Shown piece after piece: positions 9,102 to 18,152 of a stretch of 62,519 bases of DNA. Position numbers and translations under genes: made by a program. Origin of the DNA: an uncultured bacterium (lineage in GTDB: Bacteria; Armatimonadota; Hebobacteria; CAYNSX01). A model generated the notes under the pieces. It was given only the letters and a program-made list of their open reading frames with translations. It was not told the DNA's origin and made no database searches. Position 1 is the stretch's first letter; each line of letters begins with the position of its first letter. The stretch is taken from positions 1 to 62,519 of the forward strand of contig CAYNSX010000003.1 in NCBI GenBank assembly GCA_964400165.1. Direction: 5' to 3'.

Positions 9102-9359
9102 CTAGTCGGTCTCGATCACAGCGACTTTGGTGGAAGGCCGGGGAATCGGTTGTCCGTCCTCTTTGAGCCCATCGATGTGCATCGCAAGAGCCGACCGAAT
9201 GCGACGCAGGACATCGGCCTTGGTGGGTGCGGTTGCGACGCACCCAGGTACATCGGGCAGGTAGGCCGAGAAATTTCGTTCGGCTCTCTCAATGACGACG
9301 GCGTATTTGGTTTTCCTGCCTCCCCGCCTCCCTGCCTTCCTTTGTCCCTTCCCTTTCAC
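9102..9359 (-). CDS. HicB-family antitoxin domain (solo, no DNA-binding domain)
   Basis: YAVVIERAERNFSAYLPDVPGCVATAPT...ALAMHIDGLKEDGQPIP; GTG start overlaps paaD stop (GTGA). Confidence 0.8.
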   Translation of the reverse strand: MKGKGQRKAGRRGGRKTKYAVVIERAERNFSAYLPDVPGCVATAPTKADVLRRIRSALAMHIDGLKEDGQPIPRPSTKVAVIETD

Positions 9360-9856
9360 AGCGGCTTCATCGCCTCGAAGGGCTGGCGGCAGGCGTCGCA
9401 GATGGCAATCATCCGGCAGAGCGTCGGGCCGAAGGGCGTGTCGAGGCGGGTCTGCTGCGAGCCGCAGTGCGGGCAGGTGAGCGGCTGCGCCAGCGCTTCC
9501 TGCGCGGTCGGCGCGGCGGGGTTGGGCGGGGCGATGCCGATGTCGCGCAGTTTGCGGCGTGCGGGTTCCTCGAGCCAATCCGACGACCAGGGCGGCGAGT
9601 AAGTCACCTCGATGGTCACTTCGCGGAAGCCGGCGCGCTCGAGCGCGACGCGCGTGTCGCGCTGCATCATCTCGAACGCCGGACAACCGATGAAGGTGGG
9701 CGTCAGCACGACGCGCACACTGTCACCCGTCACCTCGACTTCGCGCACCACCTTCAACTCAACAAGCGTCAGGACGGGGATTTCGGGGTCGACGACCCCG
9801 CCCAGCGCCGCCCAGGCGGCGCCTTCGTCGGGGATGGTCTGCAGCGTGGCGCTCAC
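9356..9856 (-). CDS. paaD: Phenylacetyl-CoA epoxidase subunit PaaD (SufT/DUF59-like)
   Basis: VVDPEIPVL, TPTFIGCPA, PPWSSDW, CPHCGS...FGPTLC...CDACRQPFEAMKPL. Confidence 0.92.
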   Translation of the reverse strand: MSATLQTIPDEGAAWAALGGVVDPEIPVLTLVELKVVREVEVTGDSVRVVLTPTFIGCPAFEMMQRDTRVALERAGFREVTIEVTYSPPWSSDWLEEPARRKLRDIGIAPPNPAAPTAQEALAQPLTCPHCGSQQTRLDTPFGPTLCRMIAICDACRQPFEAMKPL

Positions 9857-9872
9857 GCCGTCAGTGTAACCC

Positions 9873-10625
9873 CTACCAGGCGGCCTGGGGGATGAGCCGG
9901 CGCACCTGCTGCAGGTCGGTGAGGGCCTGCGTGAGTGCGGGCGTGTGCTGCCCGCGGCGGCCGCCGCAGCCGCTCTGCGGCTTCGGCGCCGGCGGCTGCA
10001 AGCCGGACTGCGTGAGCACCGGCACAACCAGAGCGAGCCACTGCGCGTGCAGCGCGGCGTTGCCGGCGAAGACGCCGTCGCGCACCAGGTCGCCCTCGTG
10101 TTCGAGCGGCTCGAAGATGCCGAAGGCGAGCGGGAACGCGGTGTCGAGCGCGGCGGTCATCCGCTGGTGGCTCTCCGCGGTAGCATCGCCGAGGCGCTCC
10201 ACCCAACTGTGCAGGTGCATCCAGTGGTAGGACTCCTCGGGGCGCACCTTGCCCGCCGCCTCGGCGAGCGGCGTGTAACTCGAATGCACCAGCGACGCGA
10301 GGCGCACCTGCTCGGCGGCGTCGAACAGAAACTGGCGCACGATGGTGAACGCCCAGTCGCCTTTCGGCTGTTCGACGAGGTGACAGCAGCGAAACGCCTC
10401 GGGGCCGCGCAGGAATGCCAGGTGATCGGGATCCTCGCCGCCGAGGTCCTGCCGCAGTTGATACCAGAGGAGCGCGTGGCCGATTTCATCCTGCGCCAGG
10501 TTCGAGAAGGCGATGTCCTCCTCGATGATGGGGGCATGGCCGGTCCACTCGCCGTCGCGGTGGCCGAGGAGCAGTTCGTCGTCCGCCATCGCCAGCAGCA
10601 ATTCCTTCAGGGCGTCATTCGCCAC
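9873..10625 (-). CDS. paaC: Phenylacetyl-CoA epoxidase subunit PaaC
   Basis: LLAMADDELLLGHRDGEWTGHAPIIEEDIAFSNLAQDEIGHA, KVRPEESYH; GTG start at 10625. Confidence 0.92.
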   Translation of the reverse strand: MANDALKELLLAMADDELLLGHRDGEWTGHAPIIEEDIAFSNLAQDEIGHALLWYQLRQDLGGEDPDHLAFLRGPEAFRCCHLVEQPKGDWAFTIVRQFLFDAAEQVRLASLVHSSYTPLAEAAGKVRPEESYHWMHLHSWVERLGDATAESHQRMTAALDTAFPLAFGIFEPLEHEGDLVRDGVFAGNAALHAQWLALVVPVLTQSGLQPPAPKPQSGCGGRRGQHTPALTQALTDLQQVRRLIPQAAW

Positions 10626-10917
10626 GCTTGGCCTTCTCGGTGCGCTTGAGCGGCGACAGGAAGCCCTGCGGTTCACGAAAACTCTTGTCCATCGAGCGGG
10701 CAAAGAACGGCTCGGACTGCGCCTGCGTGCTCGTCACGACATGGTCGGCGCGCACCACCCAGAGGCCGGTGCAGGGCTGGCGGCGGGTGAACTGGTCGCG
10801 AGCCATCTGCAGCGCCATCTCGGCGTCGGGGGCGTGCACCGCGCCGACATGGACATACGCTTCGCCGGTGCCGGGCTGATGAAAGACTTCCCACGCGGGC
10901 CACTGCGTGTCGGTCAC
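10615..10917 (-). CDS. paaB: Phenylacetyl-CoA epoxidase subunit PaaB
   Basis: WEVF...HVGAVHAPDAEMALQMARDQFTRR...LWVV...DKSFR. Confidence 0.93.
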   Translation of the reverse strand: MTDTQWPAWEVFHQPGTGEAYVHVGAVHAPDAEMALQMARDQFTRRQPCTGLWVVRADHVVTSTQAQSEPFFARSMDKSFREPQGFLSPLKRTEKAKRGE

Positions 10918-10944
10918 GAGGTCTTCACCGCGCGGCGAAAGGCA

Positions 10945-11034
10945 ACCCCTCCCCCAACCCCTCCCCGTTTACGGAGAGGGGCAGCAACAACTGCCACCCC
11001 ATCCCCAGCCCTTCCCCGTGCACGGGGAAGGGTG
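10945..11034. repeat. Two tandem palindromic units related to family B, between paaA and paaB
   Basis: CCCCTCCCCGT-TT-ACGGAGAGGGG and CCCTTCCCCGT-GC-ACGGGGAAGGG, each preceded by a C-rich tract. Confidence 0.7.
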
Positions 11035-11050
11035 ACGAAAACAGAGGTCG

Positions 11051-12028
11051 TCATCGGGCGCCGTTGGATTGCGCGTGCTTCGCGGCGTGGGCGGTCAGGG
11101 CTTCGCGCACCCACTCGCCGTCGGTGTGCGCCTTGCGGCGGGCGGCCATGCGTTCGGCGTTGAGCGGGCCGTCGCCCTTCACCACCCGCCAGAACTCATC
11201 CCAATCGGGCTGGGTGTAGCGCCACTTCCCGGTGGATTCGTCGTAGCCACAGTCCGGGTCGGGAATCGTGAGGCCGATGGAGCGGATTTGCGGGACAATC
11301 TTCTCGACGAACTCGTCGCGCAACTCGTCGTTGGTGCGCGTCTTCACTTTCCACTTCATCAGCGAGGCGGTGTGCACCGACGCCTTGTCGGGCGGGCCGA
11401 AGAGCATCAGCGCCGGATACCACCAGCGGTCGATCGAGCGCTGCGCCATTGCCTTTTGGTCGGGCGTGCCGGTCGCCAGCACATAAATGAGGTCGGCGCC
11501 CTGCTTCACATGGAAGGCCTCTTCGTAGCAGATGCGTTTCATCGCCCGCGAGTACGGGCCGTAGGAGCCCTGCGCCAGCATCGTCTGATTGAGGATGGCG
11601 GCCTCGTCGATGAGCCAGCCGATGGCGCCGACATCCGCCCACTCCGCAGCGGGGTAGTTGAAGACGCACGAATACTTCGCCTTGCCGGAGAGGAATTCGT
11701 CGAGCATCTCTTCGCGTGACCGCCCCAGCGTCTCGGCGGCGCGGTAGAGGAGCTGGCCGTGGCCGGCCTCGTCCTGCACTTTGGAGATGAGCGTCAGTTT
11801 CCGTCGCAGCGACGGCGCGTACGGAATCCAACCGCCTTCCGGCAGTTCGCCGACGATTTCGCTGTGGGCGTGCTGGCTGATGATGCGCAGCAGGCCGAGG
11901 CGGTATTCGTCGGGCATCCAGTCGGTGGGCTCGATCTTCTCGCCCGCGTCGATGCGGGCCTCAAACGCGGCAAGTTTGGCGTCGTACTCCGGGTCGCGTG
12001 TCTGGTCGTCGGTAGTCTGCGTGCTCAT
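11051..12028 (-). CDS. paaA: Phenylacetyl-CoA epoxidase catalytic subunit PaaA
   Basis: [56 protein letters not shown] di-iron ligands; start at ATG 12028. Confidence 0.95.
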   Translation of the reverse strand: MSTQTTDDQTRDPEYDAKLAAFEARIDAGEKIEPTDWMPDEYRLGLLRIISQHAHSEIVGELPEGGWIPYAPSLRRKLTLISKVQDEAGHGQLLYRAAETLGRSREEMLDEFLSGKAKYSCVFNYPAAEWADVGAIGWLIDEAAILNQTMLAQGSYGPYSRAMKRICYEEAFHVKQGADLIYVLATGTPDQKAMAQRSIDRWWYPALMLFGPPDKASVHTASLMKWKVKTRTNDELRDEFVEKIVPQIRSIGLTIPDPDCGYDESTGKWRYTQPDWDEFWRVVKGDGPLNAERMAARRKAHTDGEWVREALTAHAAKHAQSNGAR

Positions 12029-12059
12029 GCCGCCTGATGATAGCAACTTTGCATCAGTT

Positions 12060-12087
12060 CCCACACTCTACACCCCACACCCGACAC
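12060..12087. repeat. Short tandem heptamer repeat (NNNACAC x4)
   Basis: CCCACAC TCTACAC CCCACAC CCGACAC in the intergenic gap. Confidence 0.6.
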
Positions 12088-12088
12088 C

Positions 12089-13054
12089 CTATTCCAGTTT
12101 CGCTCCGCATTTCCCGCAATGGGTGAACGACTCGGGCAGCGCGTCGGCGCCGCACTGCGCGCAGGTGCGCGTGTACGGCCCCCAGGGCAGCAGGTCGCGG
12201 CCCGCAGTGACGGCGTCGTGCATCTTGGCGTAATCGGGCTGGCGCTTTTCGAGGAACGCCGACATCCCTTCGGCGGTCTCGGGCATCGCGGAGTTGAGCG
12301 TCAGCCACTCGCGGGCGTGGCCGATGGTCAGCCCCCAGGCCAGGTGGCGCCAGAAGTTCATCTGTTCCTTCGTGTAGCGGATGGCGTTGGGCAGTTTCGC
12401 GTACACCATCTCGGCCATCTGCTGCACGGCGGCGTCGAGGTCTTTGCGGGGCACGACCTCATTGACCAGCCCCCACTCGAGCGCCTTCTGCGCCGGGATT
12501 TCCTCGCACAGGAAGAGAATCTCGCGCGCCCGGCGGTCGCCGACGATGAGCGGCAGGAACTGCGTCGCCCCCGCCGCGGCGACGGAGCCGCGGGCGGCGC
12601 CGATTTGGCGGATGTAAGTGTCGTCGGCCATCACGGCCAGGTCGCAGCCGATGTTGAATTCGTTGCCGCCGCCGACGACGATGCCGTTGATGCGGGCGAT
12701 GGTGGGCTTGCCGATGTTGCGCAGGCGGTCTTGCGCATCGAAGAACGCGCCAACCCACTTCCAGTAATCGTGCGGGTGGCGGGTCAGGCCCTCCATATCG
12801 TCCACATCGCCGCCGGTGGAAAATGCCTGGTCACCGGCGCCCGTCATCACCACGACCGCGACGGCATCATCCCAGGCGGCGTCGAGATAGGCGCGTTCGA
12901 GTTCGCGCAGCGTCTGATAGGCGAGCGCGTTGTGCTTCTCGGGCCGGTTGATGGTGACGCGCGCCAGCCAGCCCGACTTCTCGTAGCGGATGTGCGTAAA
13001 GCCGAACGACTCCGGCGCCTGCGCGGCGAAGCCGGTGCGGAAGGCGTCGGTCAT
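12089..13054 (-). CDS. Crotonase of the ring-cleaving hydrolase (BamA/Oah, BadI/MenB-like) type with a C-terminal zinc ribbon
   Basis: 321 aa; TGAGDQAFSTGGD, RINGIVVGGGNEFNIGCDL, QIGAARGSVAAAGATQFLP; C-terminal CAQC...HCGKC. Confidence 0.8.
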   Translation of the reverse strand: MTDAFRTGFAAQAPESFGFTHIRYEKSGWLARVTINRPEKHNALAYQTLRELERAYLDAAWDDAVAVVVMTGAGDQAFSTGGDVDDMEGLTRHPHDYWKWVGAFFDAQDRLRNIGKPTIARINGIVVGGGNEFNIGCDLAVMADDTYIRQIGAARGSVAAAGATQFLPLIVGDRRAREILFLCEEIPAQKALEWGLVNEVVPRKDLDAAVQQMAEMVYAKLPNAIRYTKEQMNFWRHLAWGLTIGHAREWLTLNSAMPETAEGMSAFLEKRQPDYAKMHDAVTAGRDLLPWGPYTRTCAQCGADALPESFTHCGKCGAKLE

Positions 13055-13069
13055 CGGCGGCGCACTCGC

Positions 13070-13975
13070 CTACTTCGCGTCGGGGCTGACGCGCTGGTAG
13101 ACCTCGATGGCGAAATCGAACGCGGACGCCACGGCCGGATCGGCCTTCTCGCCCGCGGCCAGCAGCCAGTCGGCGGCGGCCCGGTGCGGGGCGCTGCCAT
13201 AGAAACTCATCAGCGCCCGGCGGTCCTGCCAAAAGGCGATGAGATATTGCCTGGTGGTGTCGCCGACTTGCGCGCTCACCGCGTCGAGGTGCAGCAGCCC
13301 CGGGTCTTTCACCAGCCCTTGCAGGAACGGCTGGATTACCGAGTTGAGTTCGGCGAGGCCGGGGGGCGGTCCGGCAGCGCTCATGCCGCCGCCACCGCCG
13401 CCCATCTTGATTTGCAGTTTGGCGATGGTCATCACCGGGTTGGTGGCGAGCGGAATGCGGAACTGGTCGGAGCCGACATAACTGGGCAGGCCGTCGGCGC
13501 CAATTTCAATGCCGCCGGAGACGCGCTGGTATTGCTGCACCGCGTGACCGATCTTGAGGCCCGAATCTTTGAGCGCCTTCTCGACGGTCGTGTGCGCGGC
13601 GCCCTTCTCGTAGGCCTCGAGCGCGGCCTCGCTCTCCCAAGTCGAGATGAGCAGAACATAGTAGGCGGAGGGCGGCAGTTGGCCAAGGATGCGCGCCTTC
13701 TCAAGATCGACCGTGATGCCGGTGAAGAGGTCGGCGCTCGAGCAGCCCTTCTGTGACTTGAGCGCATCGGCCGCCTGTTTGCCGAGGTCGCCGACGCGGC
13801 CGAGGTCCTGCGGGCCGCTCTCGGCGGTCAGCCACACCAGCACGACAATTGGCTGCTTCTTTTCGATGGGCACCGTCTGGTCGGGAATCTTGGCGCTGCT
13901 CACTGTGACACACAGCGCCGTCAGCGCCGCGGCAACCGCCGCGCGACCGACATGGTGCGTGCGCACTCGAATCAT
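13070..13975 (-). CDS. Putative secreted protein with two ABM/dimeric alpha-beta barrel-like domains
   Basis: Signal-peptide-like N-terminus; two monooxygenase-like segments, LISTWESEAALEAYEKGAAH and LIAFWQDRRALMSFYGSAPH, joined by a Gly-rich linker. Confidence 0.6.
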   Translation of the reverse strand: MIRVRTHHVGRAAVAAALTALCVTVSSAKIPDQTVPIEKKQPIVVLVWLTAESGPQDLGRVGDLGKQAADALKSQKGCSSADLFTGITVDLEKARILGQLPPSAYYVLLISTWESEAALEAYEKGAAHTTVEKALKDSGLKIGHAVQQYQRVSGGIEIGADGLPSYVGSDQFRIPLATNPVMTIAKLQIKMGGGGGGMSAAGPPPGLAELNSVIQPFLQGLVKDPGLLHLDAVSAQVGDTTRQYLIAFWQDRRALMSFYGSAPHRAAADWLLAAGEKADPAVASAFDFAIEVYQRVSPDAK

Positions 13976-14277
13976 CCCTGCACCTCCGCGAAGACGAATG
14001 TGACCAGCCCTTTGGCGAAGCCCATCAGGTTGGCGCCCGCCGCCTTGCCTTCCTCGGACACCATCGCCGCCTGCATCTCCTGCGCCGACTCGAAATACAG
14101 TTCCGCCATCCGATAATACGGCGCCGGGTGGCCGGTGGGCGTGCCGGTGAAGCGCGTCGTCTCCAGCCGCACCAGGCCGGGCATCAGCCGCGCCAGGGGC
14201 ACATGCGTCTCGGTGTACTGGCGGTCGAAGCCGGCGGGGTCGTCGGGGCGGGTGAAGAGGGCGACGAGTTTGACCAT
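13972..14277 (-). CDS. EthD-family reductase
   Basis: MVKLVALFTRPDDPAGFDRQYTETHVPLARLMPGL...YYRMAELYFES; 101 aa. Confidence 0.88.
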   Translation of the reverse strand: MVKLVALFTRPDDPAGFDRQYTETHVPLARLMPGLVRLETTRFTGTPTGHPAPYYRMAELYFESAQEMQAAMVSEEGKAAGANLMGFAKGLVTFVFAEVQG

Positions 14278-14352
14278 GCGCGTGCCTGTGGAGTTCGCCC
14301 TGCGTCCATCACTTCCTGTGGACGAGCCGCGCGGCAAACGATGGTGCGACAA

Positions 14353-16155
14353 TTACAGCGCGCCAGCAGCAATTTTGGGATTTGCCCACTTGAACCGGGG
14401 CAAGGGATACCGATAGGTCTCGTCCAGTTGTGGGACGCCGTTCGCATCAAAGATGGTCAGGCGAAGTCGGTCGCGAGCCTCAGGCAGCAACACCAGGCCA
14501 ATTCCGACAAGGTTTGCCCGACGCGCCACTTCGTCAGGAGCCGACTGAAAACGCGTGTCAATCGGCTTGAGACGCTTCGGCGCGCCCTTGGACCCAGCAG
14601 CAAACACCCCGTCCGCGTCGTATTCCGCTTCATACAACAGCAGGGACGATGCGCCTTCGCCCACGACGCCAAACACGTCGTCCGGCAACCCTACCTCCGG
14701 GTCAAACCGTCCATGTTCCAACCAGAAGAGAAATACTGGGCCAGCACCGGGTGGCTCCCCGTCAACACGAGTGGGCTTGCACCCCCCAAAGTGAATCCCG
14801 CCGGACTCTTGGAGGATGATGGGGCCGGAATGCCCGATACCCCGCTTCTCGTCATCATCCCACTCCCAAAAGTGGGCAAGTCCGGCGTCTCCCCACGGCA
14901 GTTCCGGCAACTGCCATGTGCGGTCCCATTGATAGATGGTTCCTGTGCGCTTTCCGATCATGACGCTGTCGGCGAGGCGCCCATCTAGGAAGTGCGACAG
15001 TGCGCGCAGATCTTCGCCACCGCCCTGGTCGGTTGATCCCTGCATGCCAAGATTCTCCGACCAGAACTCCATTCCAGGCAGATCGTGCTCATTCACACTG
15101 CCGAGCGTGGCTCTGCCGGTCGACTCGTCCAACATTACCGACCGAAAGATTCGAATCTCACCGGCATCCCGCTCGCGGGCAATGTCTCGTTGCCGAGCTT
15201 CACCCGCGGGGTCCAAGGAATCGACCAACTCCGGTGTCCCGGGCGGGACTTCCGCGCGGAGTGCATCTAGTTCTTCTGACGAGAATTGCAGCCAACGGCT
15301 TTGCCGCAACTGTCCTGCATCAGAGTACTCACCCACCCAGACTGTCGAGTCGCCGTAGAGCTGCACCAGATACACGGTCCGCAGCGCAGAGGACGCAAAC
15401 CAGTCTCCCACAGGAATCGAATTGGTGCCGGAACGCAGGAACTCGCCAGAGACTCTCCTCGGGACCTTCAGTCCAGGGATGTCGTTCGACGCGAACGCGA
15501 CGCCGCGCGCGTCGAACGTTGCACTCGCAAAGCCGTAGTACTCGTCCACCGCAGGAACGGCCACGAGGATCGTCAGACTGGCAGCTCGAGTTCCTGCAAC
15601 CTGACTCGGCGGCGGGATTATGTTGCCGATGGCGCCCAGCGCTCCATCATTCTGTGTCCCAATCTGCACCCACGCCTCCGTGCGTCGAATGGGGTCGAAC
15701 CACTCCGTGAGGCAGAGTTCCTCGCCACCAGGGGCGGAAAGGGAACGAAAGCGCACCCACGAGAAGATGGAAGTCGCACTCGTTGCGTCGACCGAACCTA
15801 CCGTCACATCACTCGTTACGCGCCCGTCTGCCACTCGGCGAAATCCTTCCTGACTTGGCAGTCCTGGGAATGGCTGGTAACGGTAGTGGTACCAAAAAAT
15901 GCCGGTCGCGGGTCGCTGTGCGAATGGATCCTCAAAGCTAATTCGGCGATCATGGGAAGCGACAGAAGCCTTCGCAAAGTATTGCCGCAGGTCTTCCGTC
16001 TGGCCGACCCCAATTGGCGGCTCGGCTGCTCCGCCGACCGGGAAAAGTGTGCTCTGTCCCCCGCTGGTGCTGCAGCCAAGCACGATAACAGCGCCGACTG
16101 GGACGAAGCGCCATTGCTTCCGCAGGCAACACGGCTGAAATTGCTTGACCCTCAT
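14353..16155 (-). CDS. Hypothetical lipoprotein, about 600 aa, beta-rich, atypical composition
   Basis: Long open frame filling the gap; from ATG 16155 a basic-hydrophobic N-terminus ends in lipobox-like VLGC; no family recognised. Confidence 0.6.
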   Translation of the reverse strand: MRVKQFQPCCLRKQWRFVPVGAVIVLGCSTSGGQSTLFPVGGAAEPPIGVGQTEDLRQYFAKASVASHDRRISFEDPFAQRPATGIFWYHYRYQPFPGLPSQEGFRRVADGRVTSDVTVGSVDATSATSIFSWVRFRSLSAPGGEELCLTEWFDPIRRTEAWVQIGTQNDGALGAIGNIIPPPSQVAGTRAASLTILVAVPAVDEYYGFASATFDARGVAFASNDIPGLKVPRRVSGEFLRSGTNSIPVGDWFASSALRTVYLVQLYGDSTVWVGEYSDAGQLRQSRWLQFSSEELDALRAEVPPGTPELVDSLDPAGEARQRDIARERDAGEIRIFRSVMLDESTGRATLGSVNEHDLPGMEFWSENLGMQGSTDQGGGEDLRALSHFLDGRLADSVMIGKRTGTIYQWDRTWQLPELPWGDAGLAHFWEWDDDEKRGIGHSGPIILQESGGIHFGGCKPTRVDGEPPGAGPVFLFWLEHGRFDPEVGLPDDVFGVVGEGASSLLLYEAEYDADGVFAAGSKGAPKRLKPIDTRFQSAPDEVARRANLVGIGLVLLPEARDRLRLTIFDANGVPQLDETYRYPLPRFKWANPKIAAGAL

Positions 16156-16294
16156 AGAAATCTCCACGGCCACTATACTCCGACATGAGGCGGGGGCGAC
16201 TTGCGCTTGTGTCCCGCGCAGCAAGGGATTTCCCCGCGGCGTCGAATGAAGAGGCGACGCCCCGCCGACGGGGCGACGCCCTGGGAGGGTGGTC

Positions 16295-18142
16295 ATGCGT
16301 CGTGTTATCGCCTTGCTGGTCTTCGCCGTCGTTGCGCGGGTGGTGGTCGCCGCGCCGGCGCCGAACCCGTTCATCTACACCGTGCGCCCGCTGGCGCCGA
16401 ACACGCACCTGTTGAGTGTCACCATCGAGGTGCCCGATGTGCGTGGCGACACGCTCGAATTCGCCATGCCGGCGTGGACGCCCGGCGCGTATGACATTCA
16501 GGATTTCGGCCGCAATGTCGAGGGCTTCGCCGCGTATGACGGCCGCGGACACACCATCCCCTCCCGGCGTCTCGACAAGCAGACTTGGCGCGTCTGGTCG
16601 CGCGGCGTGGACAAAGTCGTCGCCACCTACCGGGTGTATGTGAACCAGATGGGCATCATCACCAGTCAGTACAACGATGTGCACTGCTGGATCAACGGCG
16701 CGTCGGTATACCTGTATGTCGTCGGCCAGGTGCTGCACCCGATCGAATTGCGTCTTGAAGGGTTCCCGCCGGCCTGGCGGACCTCGACCGCGCTCGACCC
16801 CGGGCCCGGCGCGTGGAAGTTCACCGCGCCCGATTACGACTACCTGGTGGACTGCCCGATCGACATTGCGAACCACACCACGATGCAGTTCGTCGCCGAC
16901 GGCAAGCAGCACTATATCGTCACGCACTCCGACGCGAAGTATGACCCCGCCGAACTGACGAACTTGATCAAGCGCATCGTGGACCAGCAGATTGCCCTCT
17001 TCGGCAGCGCCCCGTATCCCCGCTATGTCTTTTTCATCCATGTCGGCGGCGGGGGTGGCGGCCTCGAGCACCTCTCCTCCACCGCGCTGGGCACCAATCC
17101 CGAATTCGCGCGCACGGAGGAGACCCGGCGGCGCTTCGGCGGGCTGGTGTCGCACGAGTTCTTCCACCTGTGGAATGTGAAGCGCATCCGGCCGCTGCCC
17201 CTGGGCCCGTTCGACTACTCGCGTGAAGTCTACACGCAGTACCTGTGGGAGAGCGAGGGCTGGACGAGTTACTTTGGCGACATCTCGCTGCGCCGCGCCG
17301 GCATCACCAGCAAGCAGCAGTATTACGAGGCGATGGCGCGGCTGATGCAGTCGTACGACGAGAACCCGGCGGCGAAGACCGTCTCGGCCGCCGACGCCTC
17401 GATGATGACTTGGGTGAACCCGGACAAACCGTTCTCGTCCATCTCGTATTACGGCAAGGGGCAACTGCTGGCGTTCTGCCTCGACCTCGAAATGCGCGGG
17501 CGGACACAAAACGCCAAGTCGCTCGACGACCTGATGCGCTACCTCTACGCCGAATACGCGGCGAAGGGTGTCGGCTATCCCGACGGCGCCGTGCAGAAAG
17601 CGGCGGAAGTGCTGACCGGCACCAGCTTCCAGGACTTCTTCGATACCTATGTCTTCGCGCCGACGCGCCCGCCGTATGACGACTTCCTCAAGCATGCCGG
17701 CCTGCGCCTCGACATCCGTTCGTCGGAGACCGGGCCGACGCTCGGCATTCGCACCGGCGCCGGTGGCGGCGGGGGTGGTGGATTCGCGGCAGCGGCCGCG
17801 GCGGCGGCCGCAGCCGCAACAGCAGCGGCGAGCGTGGACTTGGTGACAGTGCAGTCGTGCCTGCCAGGCGGCGCCGGCGACAAGGCCGGCCTCGACCAGG
17901 GCGACATTCTGGTGGCGATGGATGGCCGGCGGCTGCGCGCCTCGACGCTTGACCAGACGCTGCGCGACTACTTCGCCGCCGGGCAGGAAGTGACGCTGAC
18001 GGTGCTGCGCGGCGACCGCCTGCTGTCCGTGAAGGCGACGCTGGACGCCAACAAGGCGTCGCAGTACGCGCTCGTGGAGATCGAGAGCCCGACCGAGTTG
18101 CAGGTGCGCATCCGCGACACTTACCTCGGCATCGCGCAGTAA
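16295..18142 (+). CDS. M61 glycyl aminopeptidase-family metallopeptidase with a C-terminal PDZ domain
   Basis: Signal peptide; MPAWTPGAY, GGGLEH, SHEFFHLWNVKRIRP (HExxH), EGWTSY, YYGKG; PDZ GLDQGDILVAMDG; GGGAGG SD before ATG 16295. Confidence 0.92.
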   Translation: MRRVIALLVFAVVARVVVAAPAPNPFIYTVRPLAPNTHLLSVTIEVPDVRGDTLEFAMPAWTPGAYDIQDFGRNVEGFAAYDGRGHTIPSRRLDKQTWRVWSRGVDKVVATYRVYVNQMGIITSQYNDVHCWINGASVYLYVVGQVLHPIELRLEGFPPAWRTSTALDPGPGAWKFTAPDYDYLVDCPIDIANHTTMQFVADGKQHYIVTHSDAKYDPAELTNLIKRIVDQQIALFGSAPYPRYVFFIHVGGGGGGLEHLSSTALGTNPEFARTEETRRRFGGLVSHEFFHLWNVKRIRPLPLGPFDYSREVYTQYLWESEGWTSYFGDISLRRAGITSKQQYYEAMARLMQSYDENPAAKTVSAADASMMTWVNPDKPFSSISYYGKGQLLAFCLDLEMRGRTQNAKSLDDLMRYLYAEYAAKGVGYPDGAVQKAAEVLTGTSFQDFFDTYVFAPTRPPYDDFLKHAGLRLDIRSSETGPTLGIRTGAGGGGGGGFAAAAAAAAAAATAAASVDLVTVQSCLPGGAGDKAGLDQGDILVAMDGRRLRASTLDQTLRDYFAAGQEVTLTVLRGDRLLSVKATLDANKASQYALVEIESPTELQVRIRDTYLGIAQ

Positions 18143-18152
18143 CGACGACGCG

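Noticed and set aside
14353-16155. Possible internal duplication in the ORFan (GGEELCL vs GGEDLRAL; VWVGEYSDAG vs LYEAEYDADG)
   Set aside because: The similarity is too weak to support by eye; it would need HHrepID or structure prediction
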